From NCBI GenBank assembly GCA_024402335.1, contig JAKSTZ010000004.1, forward strand, positions 30,058 to 94,057: a stretch of DNA of 64,000 nucleotides, in the 5' to 3' direction. The stretch is from Bacteroidales bacterium (GTDB taxonomy: Bacteria; Bacteroidota; Bacteroidia; Bacteroidales; UBA1715). Below the pieces are notes generated by a model, which had not been told where the DNA came from, ran no database searches, and saw only the letters and a program-made list of their open reading frames with translations. Shown here piece after piece: positions 49,538-57,740 of this stretch (position 1 is the first letter of the stretch; each line of letters opens with the position of its first letter). Made by a program: the position numbers and the translations under genes.

Positions 49538-51246
49538 TCTTCGTGCATCATTTTATAAATAAATGGCGACAATGCGAACAGCAGCAAACTCGCAAAAAAA
49601 GCAATTACGCCCACTGTTAAGAATACCTTGGTGTATCGCAATAGATTCAGCAATGAATATTTTTCCTCGCCCGACATTTGATCTAACTGTTCTTCGGAGA
49701 TATAGCCATAATCTACAGCACTCTGAATAGAATTTTCCGCTTTCTCTGAAGAAACTATCTCGTCGTATGAAAAAGCCTCCAAGTCGGCAGTTTCTGACGT
49801 TTCTGTATTTTCTATATGGGCCGAAACATAAGAATCATCCTCTGTCGTAAGATTTGCAATCCATCCACCTACTTGGAAAGCAAGCGACGACGATAAATAC
49901 CATGCACCAATAACCATACCCACAATCTTTGCCGGAGCAAGTCGAGTTACCATAGAAAGTCCTATAGGCGACAGACATAATTCTCCCAAAGTTTGGAACA
50001 TATAACTCAGAATCAAGAAAATAGCCGGCACTGCAACTATTCTCATTACTGAATCACCTTCGGCTATTGTTTGTAAGGAAAGAAATTGCGGTGCTAAGCC
50101 TAAAATCAAAAAGCCTACACTAAGCAACAATATTCCAAGCGCAAACTTAAATGGAGTTGTCGGTTCTTTCTTGCGTTGTGCCAACTGCATCCAAAGAACA
50201 GAAAGCGGCGACGCAAAAATCAAGATAAACATAGGATTGACCGACTGAAACAATGAAGCTGGTATTACACTATCAAAGAAATTTCTATTCACATTTTCAC
50301 TTGCATACAATGTCAATGATGAACCAGCTTGTTCAAAAAACGACCAAAACAATGTCGTAAACAACAGCAATATCAAAATCACAAACAATCTATCACGTTC
50401 TATTTTTGAGCTACGTAAAGCTATCACGAAAATCAGTCCTAATATACCTATTGACAACGGAAAGATTACATAGGACATTAATTCATAATGTTTTACCAAC
50501 AAAGAAACGCCTAAAACACTTGCGACACAAAGTACATATATCCAAACTTCTTTAGTAAAGCCAAAGATTTTTTGAGCAAGATTTTCCTTATCAGGAACAC
50601 CACCAAGCGGACGATATTCCAATGTTTTTTCACCAGTTTCCGGATTTATTGTTTCGTGATAATCAATAATATTTCCAAACTTCAGGAATATAAACAATCC
50701 GGCAATCATACCAATTCCAGCTATTGTAAAGCCATAATGCCAACCGTATGTTTCACCTATTATTCCGCATAAAATTGGAGAGAAAAACGCACCTAAGTTC
50801 ACACTCATGTAATAAATGGTAAAACCACCATCTCGACGAGGGTCTTTCTCCTCATACAAACCACTCAATATTGTAGGCATATTCGGTTTGAAAAAGCCAT
50901 TTCCTATAATCAAAAACGACAAGGCAATGTACAAGAAAGTCTCGTTTTCTATTGCCATCACAAAATGGCCAATTGACATCAGTATAGCACCCCAGACAAC
51001 AGCCTTTCGGTGACCAAGAAATTTATCGGCAATAAATCCACCTATAAAAGGCGACATATACACCAATGAACCATACGCAGCGAAAATACCGTAAGCAACT
51101 GTCTTTGAGCCCTCAAAATCAAACAATTGTTGTATAAGATACAATACAAGCAAAGCTCGCATTCCATAATAACTAAAGCGTTCCCACATTTCTGTGAAAA
51201 AAAGAACGACAAGCGCTCGCGGTTGTTTCATCTCAACTGTTTTCAT
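49534..51246 (-). CDS. Proton-dependent oligopeptide transporter (POT/PTR2 family MFS)
   Basis: ERFSYYGMRALLVLYL signature and a multi-TM protein of 570 aa. Confidence 0.9.
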   Translation of the reverse strand: MKTVEMKQPRALVVLFFTEMWERFSYYGMRALLVLYLIQQLFDFEGSKTVAYGIFAAYGSLVYMSPFIGGFIADKFLGHRKAVVWGAILMSIGHFVMAIENETFLYIALSFLIIGNGFFKPNMPTILSGLYEEKDPRRDGGFTIYYMSVNLGAFFSPILCGIIGETYGWHYGFTIAGIGMIAGLFIFLKFGNIIDYHETINPETGEKTLEYRPLGGVPDKENLAQKIFGFTKEVWIYVLCVASVLGVSLLVKHYELMSYVIFPLSIGILGLIFVIALRSSKIERDRLFVILILLLFTTLFWSFFEQAGSSLTLYASENVNRNFFDSVIPASLFQSVNPMFILIFASPLSVLWMQLAQRKKEPTTPFKFALGILLLSVGFLILGLAPQFLSLQTIAEGDSVMRIVAVPAIFLILSYMFQTLGELCLSPIGLSMVTRLAPAKIVGMVIGAWYLSSSLAFQVGGWIANLTTEDDSYVSAHIENTETSETADLEAFSYDEIVSSEKAENSIQSAVDYGYISEEQLDQMSGEEKYSLLNLLRYTKVFLTVGVIAFFASLLLFALSPFIYKMMHEE

Positions 51247-51263
51247 ATCAACAAAGACTCTTG

Positions 51264-51271
51264 CAAATGTA
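51264..51271 (-). promoter_or_regulatory. -7 box (TACATTTG) for the POT-queH-GT4-kinase-NTP-transferase operon
   Basis: The plus strand reads CAAATGTA, 18 nt upstream of the ATG at 51246. Confidence 0.45.
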
Positions 51272-51340
51272 ATAAAAACAATGAGTGTTTCCTGATTTCA
51301 TGAAAAGAGATTTTTATTCTAAATGAGTTCAAATAAATTC

Positions 51341-51348
51341 TACTTTTG
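51341..51348 (+). promoter_or_regulatory. -7 box (TACTTTTG) for the oxidoreductase gene
   Basis: 19 nt upstream of the ATG at 51367. Confidence 0.45.
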
Positions 51349-51366
51349 TGTTCTAAAATATAACAA

Positions 51367-52347
51367 ATGGACAACGTTTTCAAAATTGGTATAATTGGAG
51401 CAGGTTGGATTGCCGAGAAAATGGCAGAAACTATAGCACCATTACAAGGTTACGAAGTAGCAGCTATAGCCTCTCGATCTATAGAAAAAGCAACAGCATT
51501 TGCAAACAAATACAATATTGCTAAAGCATACGGTTCCTACGAAGAGCTTGTAAAGGACAATGAAATTGACTTAGTCTATATTGCCACTCCGCATTCTCAC
51601 CATTTTCAACATACAAAACTGGCTATTGAACAGGGGAAACATTGTCTTGTAGAAAAAGCATTCACGGCAAATGCTCGTGAGGCCAAAGAATTGTTGCAAT
51701 TAGCAAAAAACAAAAACGTATTTGTAACCGAGGCGATTTGGACTCGTTATATGCCTATGTCTCAAAAAATTACCGAGATAATAGCAAGTGGAGTAATTGG
51801 AGAACCTCGCCTACTTTCGGCAACACTTTGTTATCCATTAGAAGACAAAGAACGAATTACCAACCCAGCACTATGCGGTGGGGCTTTACTTGACGTAGGC
51901 GTGTATGTGCTCAATTTTGCCCGAATGTATTTTGGTACCGACATTGTAAAAACTGTCACGAATTGCCAACTTGGTCCTACGGGAATGGATATGCAAGAAG
52001 CCATATCATTAAGCTATGCCGATGGCAAAATGGCAAACCTACAAACAGGAGCACTTTGTTTAAACGACAGGCAAGGAATTATCAGTGGTACAGAAGGTTA
52101 CATCCGTGTTGACAATGTGAATTGTCCAGAACTTATAGAAGTATATCGTAATTACGCGAAGGTTGCCACCTACGAAAAACCAGCAGATATGATTACTGGC
52201 TATGAATATCAAGTAATTGAAAGCCGTCGTTGCATCGAGGCTGGTTTATTGGAATCACCAATGATGCCACATGCAGAAACAATCTCGGTTATGCAACAAA
52301 TGGACGACTTACGCAAAGAATGGGGCGTGAAATATCCGATGGATTAA
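51367..52347 (+). CDS. Gfo/Idh/MocA-family oxidoreductase
   Basis: N-terminal Rossmann motif IGIIGAGWIA and an EKAF motif, 326 aa. Confidence 0.9.
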   Translation: MDNVFKIGIIGAGWIAEKMAETIAPLQGYEVAAIASRSIEKATAFANKYNIAKAYGSYEELVKDNEIDLVYIATPHSHHFQHTKLAIEQGKHCLVEKAFTANAREAKELLQLAKNKNVFVTEAIWTRYMPMSQKITEIIASGVIGEPRLLSATLCYPLEDKERITNPALCGGALLDVGVYVLNFARMYFGTDIVKTVTNCQLGPTGMDMQEAISLSYADGKMANLQTGALCLNDRQGIISGTEGYIRVDNVNCPELIEVYRNYAKVATYEKPADMITGYEYQVIESRRCIEAGLLESPMMPHAETISVMQQMDDLRKEWGVKYPMD

Positions 52348-52351
52348 TAAA

Positions 52352-52375
52352 AAGGCGAACCCCTCGATTCGCCTT
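52352..52375. terminator. Hairpin between the oxidoreductase gene and the island (left island boundary)
   Basis: AAGGCGAA-CCCCTCGA-TTCGCCTT. The T-run lies on the minus-strand side. Confidence 0.6.
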
Positions 52376-52391
52376 AGAATGTTTATGAACA

Positions 52392-53723
52392 TTATAAATC
52401 CTTACGAAATTTCTTGTCTAAAACACGAATTTTAGACAAACATTCTTCTTTAGTAAGGTTTTTATAGCATAATCGAGAGCCGTTTTTTTCTCCTTGGTCT
52501 AAACCATATTTATTTATGAAATCAGACAAATTAAAACCATCGGTATTACTATATCTGGATGATGTTTGAATTTCATAGCTATTTTTATTGAGTATAACAT
52601 CTATAAAAGGACGATCTTCAATTACAGTAGAATTATTTTTCCCATCATAATCAATAGCAAGACATCTTTCAAAATATGGCCAAGAATGAACAGGTAATTG
52701 TCTAATTTCAGAATGGATCTCATCTAGTAACTGTATTAAACTATCCATATAAGTTGCTATTGCTGTCAACATTGACAAAACATAATTGGAGAAATCTTTA
52801 TTTTCTCCATTTTGTAAATCCTCCATCAAGTTTGGTCGTTTGATGAAGTTATCTTTTTTAGGAAAATAAATCCACCAACAATTTTCTTGACTATACTTTC
52901 CACCAAATTTCCATTTAAGATGTTGATATACATCGTGTTGTAAGCCGTTGTGATCTTTAATATCAGCCCAAAAATACCATCCCTCTTCATAATCAACTCC
53001 AAAATGGGCAAATTCCTTTTTGTAACGTATAGGGGAGTTTTTACCAAGATCCTCTTCAACAGATTTCCAACCTAACTTTTCAATATTATAAACAAAGCTA
53101 TTCCAATCTGATGTCTTTATTTCAGCAATTTCTTTTGCTTTTGTCGCTTCAAGATTTTCACAGAAATTCTTTATAGCTTGTTTTATATTTTCATCGTCAT
53201 TGTATGGTAAATCTATATTTTTTTCTTCTTTCGAATATAGTTCCTCTTTCATACACTGAACTATACCGAATAAATTCTCTAAAATAGTTTCTGATTTTGA
53301 TTTGTTATTTTCCTGTTTAACATCGTCCGCAGCCATAATGTTTTTCACGCATTCGCTAATTTGCTTAATATGTTCACTTGAGGTGTGAATCATAGCTAAA
53401 TGCGAAATACTAAATTGAAGATGGATAGCCTCCTCTGTTGTTATTTCTCCATCTTCAAGAGAATCGCATAGTTTCTCTAAGAATGATTTATATACAGAAA
53501 GCTTCTCTTCAAAAACTTTAGTATTCCTTTCTTTCACCTCTTCGGTTGCAGTTTGCCCTTGAAGGAGTAACATAGTAATAATTGCAGCGATAATTGCACC
53601 AGCTATTGCCGCAAACAACTGCGATGCGATTTCTAAACCCATCCACGCTCCGCAAAGCCAAGCCAATAGGATGAAGAAAATCATTAAGACTGTTCCTAGT
53701 GTGTAAATTTTTTTGTTTTCCAT
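52392..53723 (-). CDS. Uncharacterised membrane protein (2 N-terminal TM helices plus a ~370-aa soluble region), translationally coupled to the DUF262/DUF1524 gene
   Basis: The start at MENKK (ATG 53721-53723) overlaps the upstream TAA as TAATG. The TM helices are IYTLGTVLMIFFILLAWLCGAWMGL and LFAAIAGAIIAAIITMLLL. I recognise no motif in the remainder. Confidence 0.7.
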   Translation of the reverse strand: MENKKIYTLGTVLMIFFILLAWLCGAWMGLEIASQLFAAIAGAIIAAIITMLLLQGQTATEEVKERNTKVFEEKLSVYKSFLEKLCDSLEDGEITTEEAIHLQFSISHLAMIHTSSEHIKQISECVKNIMAADDVKQENNKSKSETILENLFGIVQCMKEELYSKEEKNIDLPYNDDENIKQAIKNFCENLEATKAKEIAEIKTSDWNSFVYNIEKLGWKSVEEDLGKNSPIRYKKEFAHFGVDYEEGWYFWADIKDHNGLQHDVYQHLKWKFGGKYSQENCWWIYFPKKDNFIKRPNLMEDLQNGENKDFSNYVLSMLTAIATYMDSLIQLLDEIHSEIRQLPVHSWPYFERCLAIDYDGKNNSTVIEDRPFIDVILNKNSYEIQTSSRYSNTDGFNLSDFINKYGLDQGEKNGSRLCYKNLTKEECLSKIRVLDKKFRKDL

Positions 53724-55456
53724 TATATCAAATTTAAATTCCAAATTTCTAATACAGCTTCTTTAATTTTATTATGACGTCGTTCAATAGCATCTTTGTT
53801 CCAGACCGGATTATTCTTGTCGCTAACAAATTCAATGATTTCTTTCTGTTGGTTTAAAAGATTGTCTTTCCCATAGGACGCCAATTTGTTGGCAAAAGGT
53901 TTGTTGCCAATAGAACTGTTGTGTGGTTGTGAAATCAACATTAAATTGCCAACACAATTCAACCAATGACCTGACTCAATTCCATTTTCAGGAATTTCTT
54001 TATCTGTATATATACCATATCCATTTGCAAGTGGGTCGCCATTGGTTGGTGTTTGTGGGGCAATATGTTCGATACTTTCGTTGCGAATTAAATCACTGAA
54101 CTTAACTTTGTGTGGCATAGGATGGTTCTCGTTGCACAAATACAACTCATATTTCCATAGAAGATAATTATCAACACGATTTTTGTAGAACCTATCCGAA
54201 TCAACCCAACGTATCATTTCGTTGTCGCTCCAATAGCCCCACCGCCAATCATTTTTGATTCTATCTATCATCCAATTGATACTGTCGTTTAAAGATTTGT
54301 CATCTTTAATGTTCAAATTGTTGAGAACACAATTGAAACGACGTTCAACATCGGCACGTCCAACACGCAGCAAACTACGGAAGGTAATGTTTTCAAGGAA
54401 ACGAGCCATGCGGTTGAACGTATTTTCACTTGCCTTGCATCTATCGGCTTTGATGAAGAACGGATATGCCAAAGCCATATTATTGAGATAGAAAAGGTCG
54501 GTGATGTAACTATATTTGCTTTGTTTTACCTTGTAAACAGTTTCAAATGCCTGCGAGATACCCGCAACGAAATCTTTAATCCAATCAATCTTCTCCAATT
54601 GGTTTGCGATAGCAGTCTTTACGCCATCAACCACATCATCGCTATAAAAGCCTTTTCCACTGACAGCACGCCAATAATGGTTCAGCACCTCGTCTTCTTT
54701 TTCATCAACCATCACAATGCGTTGATAAATTGTTTCAAACTCACTTTCAAGGTACTTAATATTTTCGTTGATAAGGTCATCGTTTCCGGAAAGGAGATAA
54801 ACCTGAAGCATAAAGTACGACTTGATTTTGTCTAATTTTGATAATGCCTTGCCACGGTCGTTTTGGAAGGCGAAAATCTGTGCGGCCTCTGCTTTGTCGG
54901 ACACTACGAATTGCGTGATGGTGGCATTTTGAACTAAATTATACCATTGCTCAAGCGTTTCTGTCGGGATTTTTGCAAATTCCTCATCAAACAAGGTTTT
55001 TGCCTCGCGAATGTGCTTTTGTGAAAGCGTTGAGGGCTCTTGAGCGTTCTTCTTTTGATTGATTACTTCGTCCACAAAAAAGTTGTTATCGTACTCAACG
55101 GTTCTGAATTTTTGCGTCTGCTTGCGTATGTCGCGTATGTAATAATCCTTGATGTCGTCTAAATCAACAACGATAACTTCTCCTTGTTGTTTTCTATTGC
55201 TCAATTCATTGTACATCGAACTGAAAAAGATGACGCAAGTGGTAAGTCGTTGCTGACCATCAATTATTTGCAAGGTATTTTCGTTGGGCTGTTCAAACAA
55301 GAAATGCCCCAAGTAGTATTTGTTTGATGCATTTTTCAAATCTTCAATGAATTGCATAATTTGTTTTTCACCCCAACTATACGAACGTTGATAAGCAGGT
55401 ATTTCAAACTTCCGATTTTTTGCATCGAAAAGTTTTTGAATAGTAAGTGTTTCCAT
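53723..55456 (-). CDS. DUF262 (ParB-like NTPase) + DUF1524 (His-Me finger) protein, GmrSD-like putative type IV restriction / defence nuclease
   Basis: N-terminus has IPAYQRSYSW, IDGQQRLTT and FAFQNDRGKAL. C-terminus has ESIEHIAPQ and GNLMLISQPHNSSIGNKPF. Confidence 0.85.
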   Translation of the reverse strand: METLTIQKLFDAKNRKFEIPAYQRSYSWGEKQIMQFIEDLKNASNKYYLGHFLFEQPNENTLQIIDGQQRLTTCVIFFSSMYNELSNRKQQGEVIVVDLDDIKDYYIRDIRKQTQKFRTVEYDNNFFVDEVINQKKNAQEPSTLSQKHIREAKTLFDEEFAKIPTETLEQWYNLVQNATITQFVVSDKAEAAQIFAFQNDRGKALSKLDKIKSYFMLQVYLLSGNDDLINENIKYLESEFETIYQRIVMVDEKEDEVLNHYWRAVSGKGFYSDDVVDGVKTAIANQLEKIDWIKDFVAGISQAFETVYKVKQSKYSYITDLFYLNNMALAYPFFIKADRCKASENTFNRMARFLENITFRSLLRVGRADVERRFNCVLNNLNIKDDKSLNDSINWMIDRIKNDWRWGYWSDNEMIRWVDSDRFYKNRVDNYLLWKYELYLCNENHPMPHKVKFSDLIRNESIEHIAPQTPTNGDPLANGYGIYTDKEIPENGIESGHWLNCVGNLMLISQPHNSSIGNKPFANKLASYGKDNLLNQQKEIIEFVSDKNNPVWNKDAIERRHNKIKEAVLEIWNLNLI

Positions 55457-55544
55457 GATTTATTGTCTTAAATTTACTGTACTATTAAAAAAATAAGTAG
55501 AAGCCATTTACCGAAAAACGACTTATACTTTTAATTGAGACACC

Positions 55545-55853
55545 TTATCTATTAGGTCGTTCATTTGTTTTTTTGAACATTACATCATAGGTTGCTATCC
55601 ATGAACCTTTTACAAATGTCATTGTTTGCCCTGCGGCGTTCTTAAACATACCTACAGAAGAAGCTGGAACTTCTTTGATTTTTTTGAAGTTCATATCGTA
55701 TGTTGCTACCCACGAGCCTTTTTGACACACAACAAAAGTTCCTGTGAATCCTAATAATTCTCCTATGGAAGAAACAGGAACTTCCTTGATTTTTTTACCT
55801 TGTTCATTGATTGTAGCAATCCATGAACCTTTGATTTCTACATCTGCTATCAT
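55545..55853 (-). CDS. Small (102 aa) protein built from 2.5 tandem ~38-aa repeats (KGSW[IV]AT...KKIKEVP.SS.G)
   Basis: The internal repeat is visible directly in the translation. The ATG at 55853 is preferred over the TTG at 55883. A -7 box lies at 55913-55920. Confidence 0.55.
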   Translation of the reverse strand: MIADVEIKGSWIATINEQGKKIKEVPVSSIGELLGFTGTFVVCQKGSWVATYDMNFKKIKEVPASSVGMFKNAAGQTMTFVKGSWIATYDVMFKKTNERPNR

Positions 55854-55912
55854 TTCTTTATCCCTTATCCGTGACGGGCGCAACTTTTATTAAATGTTAA
55901 ATTTATTTTCAG

Positions 55913-55920
55913 CAAACATA
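55913..55920 (-). promoter_or_regulatory. -7 box (TATGTTTG) for the small repeat-protein gene (possibly also the DUF262 operon)
   Basis: The plus strand reads CAAACATA, 60 nt upstream of the ATG at 55853. Confidence 0.4.
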
Positions 55921-55980
55921 TTTTTCTACTGTGCAAAAATCTAGAACACAACAAAAAATTTTTGTTTTCAAATTTTTTCC

Positions 55981-55996
55981 GTAACATATATGTTAC
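55981..55996. promoter_or_regulatory. Perfect palindromic operator GTAACATATATGTTAC (GTAACA-N4-TGTTAC), site 1 in the divergent promoter region
   Basis: A 16-bp perfect inverted repeat between the divergent genes at 55853(-) and 56053(+). Confidence 0.7.
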
Positions 55997-56027
55997 GCAT
56001 TAGGCAAATATAAAAAGAAATCTTTGC

Positions 56028-56043
56028 GTAGCAAATATGTTAC
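56028..56043. promoter_or_regulatory. Operator site 2, GTAGCAAATATGTTAC (one mismatch to GTAACA-N4-TGTTAC)
   Basis: Lies 10-25 nt upstream of the XRE ATG, over the likely transcription start, 47 bp centre-to-centre from site 1. Confidence 0.6.
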
Positions 56044-56052
56044 GCAAAATAA

Positions 56053-56262
56053 ATGGAGTATCAGGAAGAGATTCAGTTAATTGCCTCCAAAATAAGAGCT
56101 TATCGAATAGAAAAGAATCTTTCGGTACAAGACTTGGCGTATCTCTGCGATATGGAGCGTTCAAGTATGAGCAGAATTGAATCTGGCCGAGTGAACATTA
56201 CAATAAAAACTCTTTTTACAATTAGTAAAGCACTTGGTGTTGATATGAAAGACTTAATATAG
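56053..56262 (+). CDS. XRE-family helix-turn-helix transcriptional regulator (69 aa)
   Basis: HTH_3-like sequence IRAYRIEKNLSVQDLAYLCDMERSSMSRIESGRVNITIKTLFTISKALGV. Two palindromic operators lie immediately upstream. Confidence 0.85.
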   Translation: MEYQEEIQLIASKIRAYRIEKNLSVQDLAYLCDMERSSMSRIESGRVNITIKTLFTISKALGVDMKDLI

Positions 56263-56263
56263 T

Positions 56264-57397
56264 CTATTCTTTAAAGAATGAATTCAAATTCTTTTGAACC
56301 CAACGACCAAAAATGGGATCAGACAACTCAACTTTTTTGCCCGTTACTTCTACAATTTCTTTTGATTCTAATGCTTGTATTACGCGAGCCACGTTAGCCG
56401 TTGAACCCAAATTATACTGCTTTATAACTCCCCCAGTATATAAATCCATCGTATGTCCATCTGCAATTGCACGAACCACATTAACTTGATATGCAGATAG
56501 TTCATTCACATATTTTAAAAACAATACATGATTTTGACGCAATAGATCTTGTTGTGCAAGAATTAAATCTTCTTTCGTTGCCACATTTTCCGTCCGTGCC
56601 CATAACAACCAAGCCAAATGCTGAACATACGAAGAATTACCTTCTACAAATAAACAGATATTCTCACATAAATCCTTCGAAATGTCTTTTTGCGTTTTTC
56701 TAAATTGTTGTTGAATATATTCAACCCAATAGTTTGTAGGAATTTTTTCTAAAAACATTACATCTCCAAATTTGTAAAATGGATGAGAAACCTTCCCAAA
56801 CATATTCATTAAAACATGTCGCTTGCTACCAAATAAACAGTACGAAGTATTCTTTTGTAATTGCCATACCGAACGAAGTTTTTTCTGAAAAGACAAAGAA
56901 TCTATAAATTCTCCAATTTGTTGAAATTCATCAATACACACAACAATCCGTACACCACGCTCAATTGCTATGACCTCTGGCAAATTCAATACCTCTGAAT
57001 CATACTTGTTATTTGTAGTTTCCAACGAAAAGGATATTTCACTATCCTGACCGATACTTATTTTAGGAACTAAATTTGAAAGAAATTTCTTCGTATTAGC
57101 AATTAAGGATTCGGTTTTCGTGCTTATTTGTTTTATTATCTCTGTCGCAAAAAGTCTGTAAAAATCCTCCTCATTTCTGCACGCAAAGGCATCCATTTGA
57201 ACAACCAAAATTTCTTTTCTTTCTTTTAGTTGTGAGGCAACTTTATTTACCAAAGACGTTTTGCCTAATCTTCGAGGTGAGATTAATATAGTGTTTATCT
57301 TGTTTGTTAGATTTAATGTTAGTCGATCGGTTTCTTCCAATCGGTCGGTAAAGTGTTCAACGTCAGTGGCTATTCCATATACAAAAGGATTATTCAT
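56264..57397 (-). CDS. AAA+ ATP-binding protein (archaeal-type ATPase PF01637-like with a DUF234-like C-terminal winged helix)
   Basis: NPFVYGIATDVEHFTDRLEE, Walker A SPRRLGKTSLV, and Walker B VVCIDEFQQI. Confidence 0.8.
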   Translation of the reverse strand: MNNPFVYGIATDVEHFTDRLEETDRLTLNLTNKINTILISPRRLGKTSLVNKVASQLKERKEILVVQMDAFACRNEEDFYRLFATEIIKQISTKTESLIANTKKFLSNLVPKISIGQDSEISFSLETTNNKYDSEVLNLPEVIAIERGVRIVVCIDEFQQIGEFIDSLSFQKKLRSVWQLQKNTSYCLFGSKRHVLMNMFGKVSHPFYKFGDVMFLEKIPTNYWVEYIQQQFRKTQKDISKDLCENICLFVEGNSSYVQHLAWLLWARTENVATKEDLILAQQDLLRQNHVLFLKYVNELSAYQVNVVRAIADGHTMDLYTGGVIKQYNLGSTANVARVIQALESKEIVEVTGKKVELSDPIFGRWVQKNLNSFFKE

Positions 57398-57413
57398 AGT
57401 AATTCATTTTTTG

Positions 57414-57421
57414 CAAAAATA
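57414..57421 (-). promoter_or_regulatory. -7 box (TATTTTTG) for the AAA ATPase gene
   Basis: The plus strand reads CAAAAATA, 17 nt upstream of the ATG at 57397. Confidence 0.45.
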
Positions 57422-57433
57422 ATATTTTTCTGA

Positions 57434-57483
57434 TTAGTAACAAAGTTGTTACTAACAAACTTGTTACTAACAACTTTGTTAGT
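57434..57483. promoter_or_regulatory. Array of three 15-bp-phased GTAACA-N4-TGTTAC-type palindromes upstream of the AAA ATPase gene
   Basis: GTAACAAAGTTGTTAC (57437-57452, perfect half-sites), CTAACAAACTTGTTAC (57452-57467) and CTAACAACTTTGTTAG (57467-57482). The array lies just upstream of the -7 box at 57414-57421. Confidence 0.65.
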
Positions 57484-57740
57484 TAATTAATAAATTATAT
57501 TTCAACAAGTTACTTAAAAACATAAAAGTAATATTGCAAGGCAAAACTTGCAAATAATGATATAAAAATTTCCACCAAACCGAAAGGTAAATTTCTCTAT
57601 CTAATAAATTGTCTAAACTTTTTATTATGTTAATCGCATTATGCGATTTGTATAATGTAAAACAAATAATTATATATTCTTTATTCAAAAAAATTTCTTC
57701 AGATTGTTTTTACTTGAATAGATAAAACAACGAAACCAAG

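Noticed and set aside
57479-57688. 69-aa minus-strand ORF in the AT-rich spacer.
   Set aside because: It is extremely AT-rich with an Ile/Asn/Leu/Tyr-dominated sequence, has no promoter box, and begins inside the operator array. It is probably non-coding.
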